From Marinisporobacter sp. (GTDB lineage: Bacteria > Bacillota > Clostridia > Peptostreptococcales > Thermotaleaceae): a stretch of DNA of 24,000 bases. Shown here piece by piece: positions 1-9,591 of the stretch. Location: positions 693,465-717,464 of the forward strand of contig JAOARP010000047.1 in NCBI GenBank assembly GCA_025210525.1, given 5' to 3'. The position numbers and the translations under genes are program-made. Each line of letters begins with the position of its first letter. Positions within the stretch are counted from its first letter, which is position 1. The notes under the pieces were generated by a model. The model saw only the letters and a list, made by a program, of their open reading frames with translations, was not told where the DNA came from and ran no database searches.

Positions 1-121
1 AGATTATTATAGATTCTTTGGTCAATCTTTTTTGATCCATATTTCCAAATAAAATGCTATCTGTATTTCTGATTTTATTTTCCCAAAAGTAAAAACTATC
101 TTTTCTATCTAATCCTTGCAT
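1..121 (-). CDS. Partial CDS (N-terminal ~40 codons, continues past the left edge), function unknown
   Basis: ATG at 121-119 is preceded by GGGGGTGGG (rc of 127-135) with a 5-nt spacer. The frame stays open to position 1 (MQGLDRKDSFYFWENKIRNTDSILFGNMDQKRLTKESIII...). It is absent from the ORF track because it is truncated. Confidence 0.4.
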   Translation of the reverse strand, partial: MQGLDRKDSFYFWENKIRNTDSILFGNMDQKRLTKESIII

Positions 122-161
122 TCTTACCCACCCCCAAATCTGCTTTTATTCTAAATTGTCA

Positions 162-191
162 CAAAGGCTATATTTATAAATATAGCCTTTG
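162..191 (-). terminator. Perfect 30-nt palindrome/hairpin just downstream of rpsD; putative terminator
   Basis: caaaggctatatttataaatatagcctttg is self-complementary and lies 28 nt after the rpsD stop. The U-tract is weak, so confidence is moderate. Confidence 0.45.
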
Positions 192-218
192 TAAACAAAA
201 TAGACATGTACTTTTCCA

Positions 219-818
219 CTAGATGATTTGTGAATAAAATTCTACTACTAAATGGTCCCTAATCTCAATTGGAACTTCATCACGTTCAGGCATTCTTTCA
301 AGAACTCCTGAAAATTCTGCTTCATTCTTACTTAAGTAAGGCAATGCATATGTTACATTTTCTAAGAAGTTATTTTTAAACATCTCATTTTTTCTTGATT
401 TTTCCTTTAAGGAAATCACATCGCCTACAGAAACTCCATAGGAAGGAATATCTACTTTCTTCCCATTTACTAAGATATGACCGTGTACTACCATTTGTCT
501 TGCTTGTCTGATGGAACCTGCAAAGTTTAGTCTATACACTAGGTTATCTAGTCTACACTCAAGTCTTTTGATCAGTGAAGAACCTGTTGTCTCACTATCT
601 TTCATTGCAGCGTTTACATATCTTCTAAACTGCTTTTCCATCACTTCGTAGTAGCCTCTTAATCTTTGTTTTTCTAAAAGCTGTATGCCATAAGGAGATA
701 GCTTTCTTTTTTCTCTTGATTGTCCATTATCTCCTCGATTCATTGCTTTTGGATGTCCACAAACATTAAGTCCTAATCTTCTACATTTTTTAAATCTTGG
801 GCCTCTCATTCTTGCCAT
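219..818 (-). CDS. rpsD: 30S ribosomal protein S4
   Basis: [16 protein letters not shown]...[18 protein letters not shown]...RLDNLVYRL...[24 protein letters not shown]...VVEFYS is collinear with bacterial S4. The start is placed at the ATG at 818 (GGAG SD about 9 nt upstream) rather than the ORF-track start at 833. Confidence 0.93.
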   Translation of the reverse strand: MARMRGPRFKKCRRLGLNVCGHPKAMNRGDNGQSREKRKLSPYGIQLLEKQRLRGYYEVMEKQFRRYVNAAMKDSETTGSSLIKRLECRLDNLVYRLNFAGSIRQARQMVVHGHILVNGKKVDIPSYGVSVGDVISLKEKSRKNEMFKNNFLENVTYALPYLSKNEAEFSGVLERMPERDEVPIEIRDHLVVEFYSQII

Positions 819-879
819 TTCAATCATCTCCATAACATAAATTTAGCCGCGATAATTTATGCCACCTGTGTACACATAT

Positions 880-908
880 AGTATATCAAGAATCTTATTT
901 GTTGTAAA
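880..908 (-). promoter_or_regulatory. Putative sigma-A promoter of rpsD
   Basis: The minus strand reads TTTACA (908-903), a 17-nt spacer, then TATACT (885-880). This leaves a ~60-nt leader before the rpsD start. Confidence 0.5.
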
Positions 909-995
909 TGATTATCGTTATCATTTTATAATTAATTTTCTTTTCCCCTCTATCTTTTTTATTTTTTCAAAGTATCATATCATCCCATCCAATAG

Positions 996-1020
996 AAAAA
1001 CCGTTGAAATTTCAACGGTT
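996..1020 (-). terminator. Rho-independent terminator after the 314-aa ORF
   Basis: A perfect 22-nt palindrome, aaccgttgaaatttcaacggtt (999-1020), is followed on the minus strand by TTTTTC. Confidence 0.6.
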
Positions 1021-1091
1021 CTCAGAAGAATAATTTCCAATATTTATTTTTAAATCATTGTGATAATCCATCTATATATCTTTCGTGTTTT

Positions 1092-2036
1092 TTATCCATC
1101 TACTAACTCAGCAGCTCCTTGCCACCAATAGTATGGAAGCATATCAAAGAGAAAATGTCCTTCCGAACTCACTGACTCATCAATATAATTATAAGTTGGC
1201 CCCTGTACTGGATTGTCTTCGAAGGTCATGATCTTATACCCTACAATGATCTTTTTTGTAGTCGTGATCTTCCCTTTGAATAAAGTTTTTTCCGTGTACT
1301 TATATATGGGTTCATAAATAGCTTCTCTACCATCACTATGAACATATTTAAGATTTCCTGAAGTAGAGCCATGGTAAATTGCTTTAAACCACATTAATTT
1401 TCTAAAACCTTGTCTTTCAGCTTCTTCTGGAGTAGCTGGTAGCTGATCATCTCCATTAAGCTCCATTCTTTCCTTATAGTGTATATCATCACGCCATTCT
1501 TCTTGACTGATAAATCTTCCTTCACTAGCATCAAAATACATAAAATTTTGGGGATTGCTCAAATAATTATCAGGCACCTTCAAGTAATCAATGATCATAT
1601 CCTTGAGCATAGGTAGCTTATAATGGTAAATAATCTTTTCTTCTGCTTCATCCTTATTTTTAGGTTTAGTAATCTTCTTTTTTAGCTTAATATAGATTTC
1701 ATCACCATGACCACCTCTTACATTTGTGCCTACTTGACTAGCGCCCATCCACCTATTGATCAATCTGTTATAATCATCAAACTCTGCAATTACAGTTCTT
1801 AGATTCTCTTTAATGATCTTATACTTATTTCCACTTGGTAAGAAGTCTTTTTCATATCCAACCCCTTCAAAATAACAGTCTTGAACGCTAGATATCCCTT
1901 TTTTAAATGCATATCCATATTGGTTCACTTCACTTTTATTTCTTTTATGACTACTTTGTAAATGTGGCACTAATTCTTTTTCATCCATTTCATTTTTTTT
2001 CTTTCCATCTGTAGCTGAGAACGTCACTTCCGTCAC
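1092..2036 (-). CDS. Hypothetical protein (314 aa), no motif recognised
   Basis: A long uninterrupted ORF with normal amino-acid composition and its own downstream terminator. The start is uncertain: GTG at 2036, or GTG at 2027 behind a GAGGTG SD. Confidence 0.6.
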   Translation of the reverse strand: MTEVTFSATDGKKKNEMDEKELVPHLQSSHKRNKSEVNQYGYAFKKGISSVQDCYFEGVGYEKDFLPSGNKYKIIKENLRTVIAEFDDYNRLINRWMGASQVGTNVRGGHGDEIYIKLKKKITKPKNKDEAEEKIIYHYKLPMLKDMIIDYLKVPDNYLSNPQNFMYFDASEGRFISQEEWRDDIHYKERMELNGDDQLPATPEEAERQGFRKLMWFKAIYHGSTSGNLKYVHSDGREAIYEPIYKYTEKTLFKGKITTTKKIIVGYKIMTFEDNPVQGPTYNYIDESVSSEGHFLFDMLPYYWWQGAAELVDG

Positions 2037-2092
2037 CTCAATCTAGTTTAATTTATTCCAATATAACAGCTCTTACTCCATATTTCAACAGT

Positions 2093-3823
2093 TTATTCAA
2101 ATTGCATATTGTAAAGTTGCGCATATATACCATTTCTTTCTATAAGTCTCTCATGGCTTCCTTTTTCCTTGATTCCCTCATCCGTAAGAACAATGATTTG
2201 ATCTGCATTTTTTATAGTACTCAATCTATGAGCAATAACTAAAGTAGTTCTGTTCTTTGATAGTTCTTCTAAGGACTTTTGTATAAACTTTTCACTTTCA
2301 TTATCTAATGCAGAGGTTGCCTCATCTAAAATAAGTAATGGAGGATTTTTTAGGAATACTCTTGCAATAGAAATTCTTTGCTTTTGTCCTCCAGATAGCT
2401 TAACCCCTCTCTCTCCCACATACGTATCATATCCATTTTCAAGAGTCATTAAAAAGTCATGAATATTGGCTTTCTTAGCAGCCTCTATGATTTCTTCCTC
2501 TGTAGCGTTTACTTTTCCATAGGCTATATTTTCCTTTATGGTACCAGAAAAAATATATACATCCTGTTGGACAATTCCTATATTACTTCTCAAACTTCTT
2601 AATTTTATATTCCTAATATCCTCACCATCTATAGTAATCCTTCCATCATTAATTTCATAAAACCTAGGAATCAAGCTGCAAAGAGTAGTTTTTCCTCCAC
2701 CAGAAGGTCCTACAAGTGCTACGGTTTTTCCTGATGGAATATTTATATCAATATTCTTTAAAACATTATGCTTTTCATTATACCTAAAGGATACATTGCT
2801 AAATAAAATGTCCCCCTTAGGCTTGATCATATCTTTTGCATCTTTTCTATCCTTGATCTCTGGTTCTGTACATATGATTTCTAAAAATCTCTCAAAACCC
2901 GTAATCCCTTTTTGAAATTGTTCTGTAAAATTAATCAGCTTTTCTAGTGGTTTTAAAAATATGTTGATATATAAAATATAGACAATCAAATCAGAAGTTT
3001 GTAAAGAACCTGTAGCAATAAAAATGCCTCCTGAAAGGACTACACTAAGATATAACAATCCTTGAAAAAAGTTATTTCCACTAAAAAATCTCCCCATGAT
3101 CAAATAACTATCTTCCTTTGTTTTTAGAAATGCTTCATTCCCTTTACCAAATTTACATTTTTCCTGCTCTTCATTAGCAAAGGATTTTACCACTCTTATT
3201 CCTGAAAGACTATCTTGTATTTGAGCATTTACATTAGCTATTTTTTGTCTATTCTTCCTAAATATTTTTCTCATTCTTTTGTTGTAAAAATATGAAAAAT
3301 ACAACATGACAAAAGTAAAAAATAGAAGAATCAAGCTAATCTTAAAATTGATATTCAGTAGTATAATAAAAGATCCTGTTATTTTAAGAATAGAAATAAA
3401 CAAATCTTCTGGTCCATGATGGGCTAGTTCTGATATATCAAAGAGATCCGTAATGATTCTTGACATCAATTTTCCTGTATTTTCGTTATCATAATAGGAA
3501 AAGGACAACTTCTGTAAATGGTCAAAAATATCATACCTCATATCCGCTTCCATTCTAGCTCCCATAATATGACCCCATGAAGTAATGAAATACTGACAAA
3601 AGTACCTGATAATGTATAAAAGCAGTAGTCCTACTCCTATATATATTACAACATGAGTGATTCGTTCTGCATCTTTGAGTACATATACATCATTGATCAG
3701 ATATCTCACAACCAATGGAAATGCTAAATCTATTATAGATAATAGAAATGCACATAACATATCTAAAAAAAACAATTTCTTGTATGGCTTATAATAAGCT
3801 ATAAATTTTTTAATACTATCCAT
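2093..3823 (-). CDS. ABC transporter, fused permease/ATP-binding protein (type 1 exporter, MsbA/MdlB-like)
   Basis: The N-terminal half is a hydrophobic six-helix region. The C-terminal half carries Walker A GPSGGGKTT, the ABC signature LSGGQKQR, Walker B LLILDEATSALD and an H-loop IAHRLST. Confidence 0.93.
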   Translation of the reverse strand: MDSIKKFIAYYKPYKKLFFLDMLCAFLLSIIDLAFPLVVRYLINDVYVLKDAERITHVVIYIGVGLLLLYIIRYFCQYFITSWGHIMGARMEADMRYDIFDHLQKLSFSYYDNENTGKLMSRIITDLFDISELAHHGPEDLFISILKITGSFIILLNINFKISLILLFFTFVMLYFSYFYNKRMRKIFRKNRQKIANVNAQIQDSLSGIRVVKSFANEEQEKCKFGKGNEAFLKTKEDSYLIMGRFFSGNNFFQGLLYLSVVLSGGIFIATGSLQTSDLIVYILYINIFLKPLEKLINFTEQFQKGITGFERFLEIICTEPEIKDRKDAKDMIKPKGDILFSNVSFRYNEKHNVLKNIDINIPSGKTVALVGPSGGGKTTLCSLIPRFYEINDGRITIDGEDIRNIKLRSLRSNIGIVQQDVYIFSGTIKENIAYGKVNATEEEIIEAAKKANIHDFLMTLENGYDTYVGERGVKLSGGQKQRISIARVFLKNPPLLILDEATSALDNESEKFIQKSLEELSKNRTTLVIAHRLSTIKNADQIIVLTDEGIKEKGSHERLIERNGIYAQLYNMQFE

Positions 3824-3830
3824 ATTCCTT

Positions 3831-4472
3831 CTATCCCCCTACCTCTCTTTGAATCATATACCTTCCACTATAGCTTAGTTGTATATAATAGTCAATAATC
3901 CTTCTTTTCCATTTCCCTAAGGGTTTTATCGGGTTTTCAGATAGGCGCTGGTGGTCATTTTCTAAATCTAACTCTATCTCTAAATCTAACTCTATCTCTA
4001 TCTCTTTCTCTATCTCTGGTGGACATTTGTCCTCTACTACTTCAAAATTGTCCTGATCGTTTTGGGACTTTTGTCCTTTTAACAACTCTTCTTTTCTTTC
4101 TGCCATCCTTTTTTTATAATCACTTACTCTCTTTTCTTCTGTTCTAGAATCTCCAACAAATTCTTGAATATGTAACATAAATATAGTCCCATCCTCTAAA
4201 ACTTCAATGAGTCCTAATGTCTTAAAAATTTCCAAAGCACCCCTTACCGTATCCTCATCCATAGATACAACAGTCGCTAACATCTTTTCATCATATGTAA
4301 TATATTCATTTAATTTTAGTTCCCCTTCAAACTTTAAGGATTTAAGATACATTTTTAGAATCAAATTGCTGTATTTATATCCATTTTCCATGGATTCTAA
4401 AAATTTTATCTCAGGTCTATCAAAAAAGTTATCCATTAGCTTTATGTAATAATATTTATGGTTAGTACACAT
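3831..4472 (-). CDS. Phage replisome organizer N-terminal-domain-like protein with an acidic repeat linker
   Basis: The N-terminus YYYIKLMDNFFDRPEIKFLESMENGYKYSNLILKMYLKSL...YDEKMLATVV...TVRGALEIFKTLGLIEV resembles the Phage_rep_org_N family as I recall it. An AAGGAGAG SD lies 6 nt before the ATG. The gene ends 7 nt before the ABC exporter start. Confidence 0.6.
   Translation of the reverse strand: MCTNHKYYYIKLMDNFFDRPEIKFLESMENGYKYSNLILKMYLKSLKFEGELKLNEYITYDEKMLATVVSMDEDTVRGALEIFKTLGLIEVLEDGTIFMLHIQEFVGDSRTEEKRVSDYKKRMAERKEELLKGQKSQNDQDNFEVVEDKCPPEIEKEIEIELDLEIELDLENDHQRLSENPIKPLGKWKRRIIDYYIQLSYSGRYMIQREVGG
3961..3996. repeat. 18-bp tandem repeat x2 (tctaaatctaactctatc) inside the CDS, followed by a degenerate tct/atc tract
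   Basis: Two exact adjacent copies at 3961-3978 and 3979-3996. They encode the acidic stretch EIELDLEIELDLE. Confidence 0.85.
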
Positions 4473-4681
4473 AAAAATCTCTCCTTATAAAAAATTCTCT
4501 CTTACCTATTTAGATGCAATTTTTTACAAAAATTTAGTATTAAAATTGGAACTCTTTTTCTATCTTTTAAGCTTCACTTTTTGAGCGAAAGCAAAAGTAA
4601 ATGAAAATACGGTAACTATGCTCTGTTAATCACTGTTTGATAAATCATCATAAATAATTTAGGTTTATCTTTAATCATAAT

Positions 4682-4709
4682 AAAAAAAAGTACCTATACA
4701 AGGTACTTT
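4682..4709 (-). terminator. Rho-independent terminator after the M20 amidohydrolase gene
   Basis: Stem agtacct/aggtact with a 5-nt loop. On the minus strand it is followed by a run of 8 T (A-run 4682-4689 on plus). Confidence 0.65.
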
Positions 4710-4782
4710 AATCACGAAAATTCATTAGTGATATAACTAATGGTGGTGCTAAGTCTATAGATTGTTTCGTCTTCTGTTTCTT

Positions 4783-5979
4783 TTAATAAATTCTATGTTG
4801 TTCAAATTCTTCCTTCACTTTATCCATCAATTCCTTACTATTAAACAGTTCCAAAACTGAATATGAAAATGCTTTTACAACCATACTTATTTTTTCTTTT
4901 GCCTCTTTACTATTGGCGTACCCTAAAAATTCTTCTTCGTGAACCTTTGCTATCCCATCTGCAATACCAATATTGCCATACATTGTAGGTGCAGCATAGC
5001 TGACATTTCCTACATCAGTTGAGCCTGGTATTTCATCTCTTTGACTAAAATTTTCAAATCCTACTTTTTCAAGATTTTTTCTAGCTATTTCAAGAAGGGT
5101 TTTATTGACTACAAGGTCATCGAATGAATTTTCAAACTTTTTTATTTCTAATTTTGCCCCTGTCATCAAAGCAGCTCCTCTAGCACAATTTTTTACTTTT
5201 TCCGATACAATATCTAAGTATTTTCTTTTTTGCGCTCTAACATAAAACTTACAGCTACAATGATCAGGAATAATATTAGGTGCTTCTCCGCCTTTTGTAA
5301 TGATTCCATGAATTCTAACATCTTGTTTTAATTGTTGTCTTAATGCACTTATTCCAGCAAAAGTTAAATTTACTGAGTCTAATGCATTTATTCCATCAAA
5401 AGGATAAGCTGCTGCATGACTTGCTTTTCCTATAAATTCAAATTCCCATGAATCCATTGCTAATGCTTTTGCTCTAAGATTATTTTCCTCGTATAAATGC
5501 ATTTGAAAGACTGCATCAATATCTTTAAATGCACCTTTATTAACTAAATCAACTTTGCTTCCAATAGTCTCCTCAGCAGGTGTTCCCATAACTACTATTT
5601 TACCTTTAAATTCTTCTTTCATTTTCGATAGAATTATTCCTGTTCCTACAGTAGTAGCTGCTATCCAATTATGTCCACATGCATGGGCTGGTTCTTTTTT
5701 TTCTCCATAACCAGGTAAAGCATCATATTCCGCTAAAAACGCTATAGTAGGTCCAAATTCATCTCCAAATTCAGCTCTAAAAGAAGTATCTATCCCTAGA
5801 TATGGATATTGGATTCTAAAATCATGCTTTTCCAATAAATCTACAATAAATTTAGAAGACTTATATTCTTCAGCGCCTAATTCTGGATGATTAAAAATAT
5901 AGTCACTTATGTTTTCAATTTCAGTTTCATATGATTTTACTAATTGATCTATTCTTTCTTGAACCAATTCTTCTCTCAT
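4783..5979 (-). CDS. M20 family amidohydrolase/metallopeptidase (AbgB/Acy1L2-like)
   Basis: Contains EYDALPGYG...HACGHNWIAATTVGTGI and a downstream GTPAEE block typical of M20D amidohydrolases. The ATG at 5979 is preferred over the GTG at 5988 because of SD spacing. Confidence 0.85.
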   Translation of the reverse strand: MREELVQERIDQLVKSYETEIENISDYIFNHPELGAEEYKSSKFIVDLLEKHDFRIQYPYLGIDTSFRAEFGDEFGPTIAFLAEYDALPGYGEKKEPAHACGHNWIAATTVGTGIILSKMKEEFKGKIVVMGTPAEETIGSKVDLVNKGAFKDIDAVFQMHLYEENNLRAKALAMDSWEFEFIGKASHAAAYPFDGINALDSVNLTFAGISALRQQLKQDVRIHGIITKGGEAPNIIPDHCSCKFYVRAQKRKYLDIVSEKVKNCARGAALMTGAKLEIKKFENSFDDLVVNKTLLEIARKNLEKVGFENFSQRDEIPGSTDVGNVSYAAPTMYGNIGIADGIAKVHEEEFLGYANSKEAKEKISMVVKAFSYSVLELFNSKELMDKVKEEFEQHRIY

Positions 5980-6048
5980 ATCTCCCACCCCTTTGATCTT
6001 TTATATTTATAATTTTGTATATTTTTTCAAATATATCTGTTATTAACT

Positions 6049-9000
6049 TTAACCTAATATATAATCCTGTTTTTCTTCTGCTACCCTATCACCTTGAATA
6101 TCTTCTACACTCACATTTCCACACATTTTTTCTGCTTGTCTCATAACTATTTTAAGCGCTTTTTTCGCGTGCTCTGGTGGATAATCATATTTTTTAAGTA
6201 GTCTTTTAATAATCCTTCTCATACCAGCTTGCGCACTTTTTCTAATACTCCAATCAATAGTAATATTATTTCTAATAGCAAGGGTCAATTCCTGAGCAAT
6301 TTTCTTTAGGACTTCATCTTCCATAAAATCTTTCACAACTGCATCTGCTGTTAAAGCATCATAAAAGGCAATTTCATCTTCATTCAATCCTAAATCAGCT
6401 TCTTCTTCTCTTGCTTTTTTCATCTCATGAGCCATTCGAATGAGTTCTTCTATAACTTCAGCATTGGTAATAGCTTGATTACGATACTTATTAAGAGCTT
6501 TTTTTAATTTTTCTGAGAACTTTTCAGATTTTACTAAATTTCTCTTTTCCATGGACTTAATATTGCCCTCGAGTAATTTTTTAAGCATCTCTACTGCTAA
6601 ATTCTTATGCTTTATTCCTCTTACTTCTTCTAAAAATTCCTCAGATAAAATTGAAACTTCTGGTCTTTTGAGTCCCATAGCATCAAATACATCAATGACA
6701 TCCTCTGAAATAATAGAACGCTCTAGCATTTGATTTACTCTTGCTTCAATTTCTCTCTTTGATTTCTTTTGGTTATGCTTTTGCTTAAGCTTAGAAAGAC
6801 TCGCCTTTACTGCTTTAAAATAGCTAATTTCAAGTGATTTTGCTTTCCCTTCATCTGTAGCTGCACATAAAGAATGTGCTTTTGATAATTCGATAGCTAT
6901 TTGCTTAAATTCTTTTTGCTCTTTTTCTGGTTTCCCAAGAATAAAATCCATACCACCTGTAATAGCTCTTATTCTCTCTACTTGTGATGTACCCATATAT
7001 TTTGAATAATCAAACCCATGCATCATATCTCCTAGTATTTCAAGCTTCTCTAGCATGATGCCTATAGCTACAGATGTATCAATACCAGTATTTTTCTTAT
7101 CTGAATCTGTATATTGTTTTAATGCTCTTTTTAAACTTTCAAGAATCCCCAGATAATCAACAACCACGCCACCTGATTTATCTTTAAATACCCTATTCAC
7201 CCTTGCAATCGCCTGCATAAGATTATGTCCCTTCATGGGCTTATCAATATACATAGTATGCATAGAAGGTACATCAAAACCTGTTAACCACATGTCTCGA
7301 ACAATAACGATCTTTAATTCATCATTATGATCCTTCATCCTTTTAGCTAATGTATCTCTTCTTTGCTTCCCTCCAACATGTTTTTGTAGTCTTTCATTGT
7401 CAGAAGCACTCCCCGTCATAACCACTTTTACTTTTCCTTTATCAATATCATCACTATGCCAATCAGGTCTTAATCTTACGATTTCATCATAAAGCTCTGC
7501 ACAAATTCTTCTACTCATACAAACAACCAGGGCTTTTCCATCTATGTTTTTTGATTTTTCTTCATAATGATTGACGATATCCTCTGCTAATTTTTTGATC
7601 CTGTTTGGTGAACCAACAACAGCTTCAAGTCTAGACCACTTGGTTTTGTTCTTTTCTCTCTCATTCTCTTCTTGTCCTTCTGTAACTTCTTCAAACTCAT
7701 CATCAATTTTTTTTAGTTCCTCTTCATCGGTTTCTAATTTTATAATTCTATTTTCATAAAAAATCTTTACAGTTGCTTTATCTTCAACAGCTCTAGTCAT
7801 ATCATAAACATCTATATAATGTCCAAATACAGCAGGTGTTGATTTATCTTCCATTTCAATAGGTGTTCCTGTAAAACCTATAAATGAAGCATTAGGAAGT
7901 GCATCTCTTAAATATTTTGCATAACCATATTTAACTTTTCCTGTTTTTGTATCTGTGGTAGCTTCTAATCCATACTGACTTCTATGAGCTTCATCTGCAA
8001 TGATAATCACGTTTTTTCTGTCTGTTAAAGCTGGCATTTCACCCTCTTCAGGCTTAAACTTTTGAATCGTGGTAAAAATAATGCCTCCAGCTTCTCTGTC
8101 ATTTAATAAATCATAAAGACCATTGATTTCTTTTGCCTTTGGTTTTGCTTGCTGTTTCTTTTGTTCATCTGTAAGCTTTCTAACATTCGCTTGTTTTGGA
8201 GTTTGCCTTAAAATATCCTTTGATTTAGAAAAGGTTGTAAATAATTGCTCATCTAAATCATTTCTATCTGTTATTACAACAATCGTTGGATTATTTAATT
8301 TTCTTACTAATCCAGCTGTATAAAACACCATAGAAAAACTCTTTCCAGACCCTTGCGTATGCCAAACAACACCAATCTTTCGATCCCCATTTTCTTTGGT
8401 TGCTTCTTTTGTCTTCTCAATAGCTTTGTTTACTGCAAAATATTGATGATAAGCAGATAATATTTTAATGATCGTTTTTTTATCTCCTATTTTATTTCCT
8501 TCTAAATCCTTTTCTTCGTCCTTTGATTCTTGGAATAATAAAAAGTTTTGAATAATATCTAATACCCTATCCTTTGCAAGCATCCCATTAAATAAAACTT
8601 CATACTGTGGCTTTGATAGTGGTTCAATATTTTCTCCATCAATACTTCTCCAATTCATAAAACGCTCTTCATTTGATGTAATAGTTCCAGCCTTTGCATT
8701 TATTCCATCAGATAGAATACAAAATGCATTGTAATTAAAAAGAGATGGTATATCTCTTTTATAGGTTTGTATCTGATTATAGGCTTGTTCAACCCCTACA
8801 TTTTCATCACTAGCTGATTTTAATTCCACTACTACTAATGGAATCCCATTAATAAATATAATTAAATCTGGTCTTCTTTCTTCATTTTCAATGATAGTAA
8901 ATTGATTTACCACCAAAAATTCATTGTTATTTTTCTTCCCATATTTATCATCAAAATCTATGATAAAAGCACGTTTTGTTCTAATACCTCCATTTTGTTT

Positions 9001-9312
9001 GAACGAAACCTCTATTCCCTCTACTAAAAGTTTATGAAAACTTCTATTGTTTTCAATAAGGCTGGGACTATTAAAGCTAATAATCTGTCTATAAGCCTCT
9101 TCTAACGCTTCTGCTGGCAAATCTCTATTGATTCTAAATAAAGAATCCCTTACCCGATCTTCTAAAATGACTTCACGATAATCTTTTCTCTCACGATACG
9201 CTCCATCACATGAAATATCTGGAGCAAATACATAATCATACCCTAATCCCTGCAAAATCTCTATGGCTGCTTCTTCTAAAAAAGCTTCTGTAAAGTTTTC
9301 TAATAAACTCAA
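6049..9312 (-). CDS. hsdR: Type I restriction enzyme, R (endonuclease/translocase) subunit
   Basis: 1087 aa. The N-terminal nuclease region contains [18 protein letters not shown]. Helicase motif I is [11 protein letters not shown] and the DEAH box is [10 protein letters not shown]. Later SF2 motifs ([12 protein letters not shown]) are present. TTG start at 9312 with a GGGGG SD 7 nt upstream. Confidence 0.95.
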   Translation of the reverse strand: MSLLENFTEAFLEEAAIEILQGLGYDYVFAPDISCDGAYRERKDYREVILEDRVRDSLFRINRDLPAEALEEAYRQIISFNSPSLIENNRSFHKLLVEGIEVSFKQNGGIRTKRAFIIDFDDKYGKKNNNEFLVVNQFTIIENEERRPDLIIFINGIPLVVVELKSASDENVGVEQAYNQIQTYKRDIPSLFNYNAFCILSDGINAKAGTITSNEERFMNWRSIDGENIEPLSKPQYEVLFNGMLAKDRVLDIIQNFLLFQESKDEEKDLEGNKIGDKKTIIKILSAYHQYFAVNKAIEKTKEATKENGDRKIGVVWHTQGSGKSFSMVFYTAGLVRKLNNPTIVVITDRNDLDEQLFTTFSKSKDILRQTPKQANVRKLTDEQKKQQAKPKAKEINGLYDLLNDREAGGIIFTTIQKFKPEEGEMPALTDRKNVIIIADEAHRSQYGLEATTDTKTGKVKYGYAKYLRDALPNASFIGFTGTPIEMEDKSTPAVFGHYIDVYDMTRAVEDKATVKIFYENRIIKLETDEEELKKIDDEFEEVTEGQEENEREKNKTKWSRLEAVVGSPNRIKKLAEDIVNHYEEKSKNIDGKALVVCMSRRICAELYDEIVRLRPDWHSDDIDKGKVKVVMTGSASDNERLQKHVGGKQRRDTLAKRMKDHNDELKIVIVRDMWLTGFDVPSMHTMYIDKPMKGHNLMQAIARVNRVFKDKSGGVVVDYLGILESLKRALKQYTDSDKKNTGIDTSVAIGIMLEKLEILGDMMHGFDYSKYMGTSQVERIRAITGGMDFILGKPEKEQKEFKQIAIELSKAHSLCAATDEGKAKSLEISYFKAVKASLSKLKQKHNQKKSKREIEARVNQMLERSIISEDVIDVFDAMGLKRPEVSILSEEFLEEVRGIKHKNLAVEMLKKLLEGNIKSMEKRNLVKSEKFSEKLKKALNKYRNQAITNAEVIEELIRMAHEMKKAREEEADLGLNEDEIAFYDALTADAVVKDFMEDEVLKKIAQELTLAIRNNITIDWSIRKSAQAGMRRIIKRLLKKYDYPPEHAKKALKIVMRQAEKMCGNVSVEDIQGDRVAEEKQDYILG

Positions 9313-9493
9313 AGCTTTTTCCCCCTTTCAACCTTTTATCATTTGAATAATATATCTCCGCTTACAAGTCAATTATCCCATTACCCTTTGGATAATTTTG
9401 TAATAAATCTCATTATTTTATATTGCTTTAATTTACTTTCTCGTGTATAATTTAGACATAATAGCATAGGTTAATTATATAATGCTTAAACGA

Positions 9494-9587
9494 GGCGAGT
9501 GATTTGATCCTTGCTATTCGTCAATTGGCATTATTCTAGGGCATAATAAGAATCTTAGTTATTTGGTGAGTGATTTGTTCCTTACTA
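9494..9587. repeat. Two 23-nt direct repeats (20/23 identical) in the SIR2-hsdR intergenic region
   Basis: ggcgagtgatttgatccttgcta (9494-9516) and ggtgagtgatttgttccttacta (9565-9587), 71 bp apart start to start. Confidence 0.6.
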
Positions 9588-9591
9588 AATG

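Noticed and set aside
219-818. The two N-terminal cysteines of S4 ([13 protein letters not shown]) as a zinc-ribbon or C+/C- paralogue signal
   Set aside because: Only two of the four Cys expected for the S4 zinc finger are present, and a stand-alone rpsD is normal in Firmicutes. There is not enough evidence to call it unusual.
1092-2036. YHGSTSGN in the 314-aa ORF as the STS motif of an R-S-E ADP-ribosyltransferase toxin
   Set aside because: No suitably spaced upstream Arg block exists: the nearest candidates are ~126 aa or 12 aa away. No downstream ExE/QxE motif is present, so the match is probably chance.
4473-6048. Search for a direct repeat of the tRNA-Arg(UCG) 3' end (att site) marking the far boundary of the island
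   Set aside because: Reading the intergenic regions at 1040-1090, 2037-2092, 4473-4782, 5980-6048 and 9313-9591 showed no copy of ggcacaccctgagggactcgaa or a recognisable part of it. The boundary is left undefined rather than guessed.
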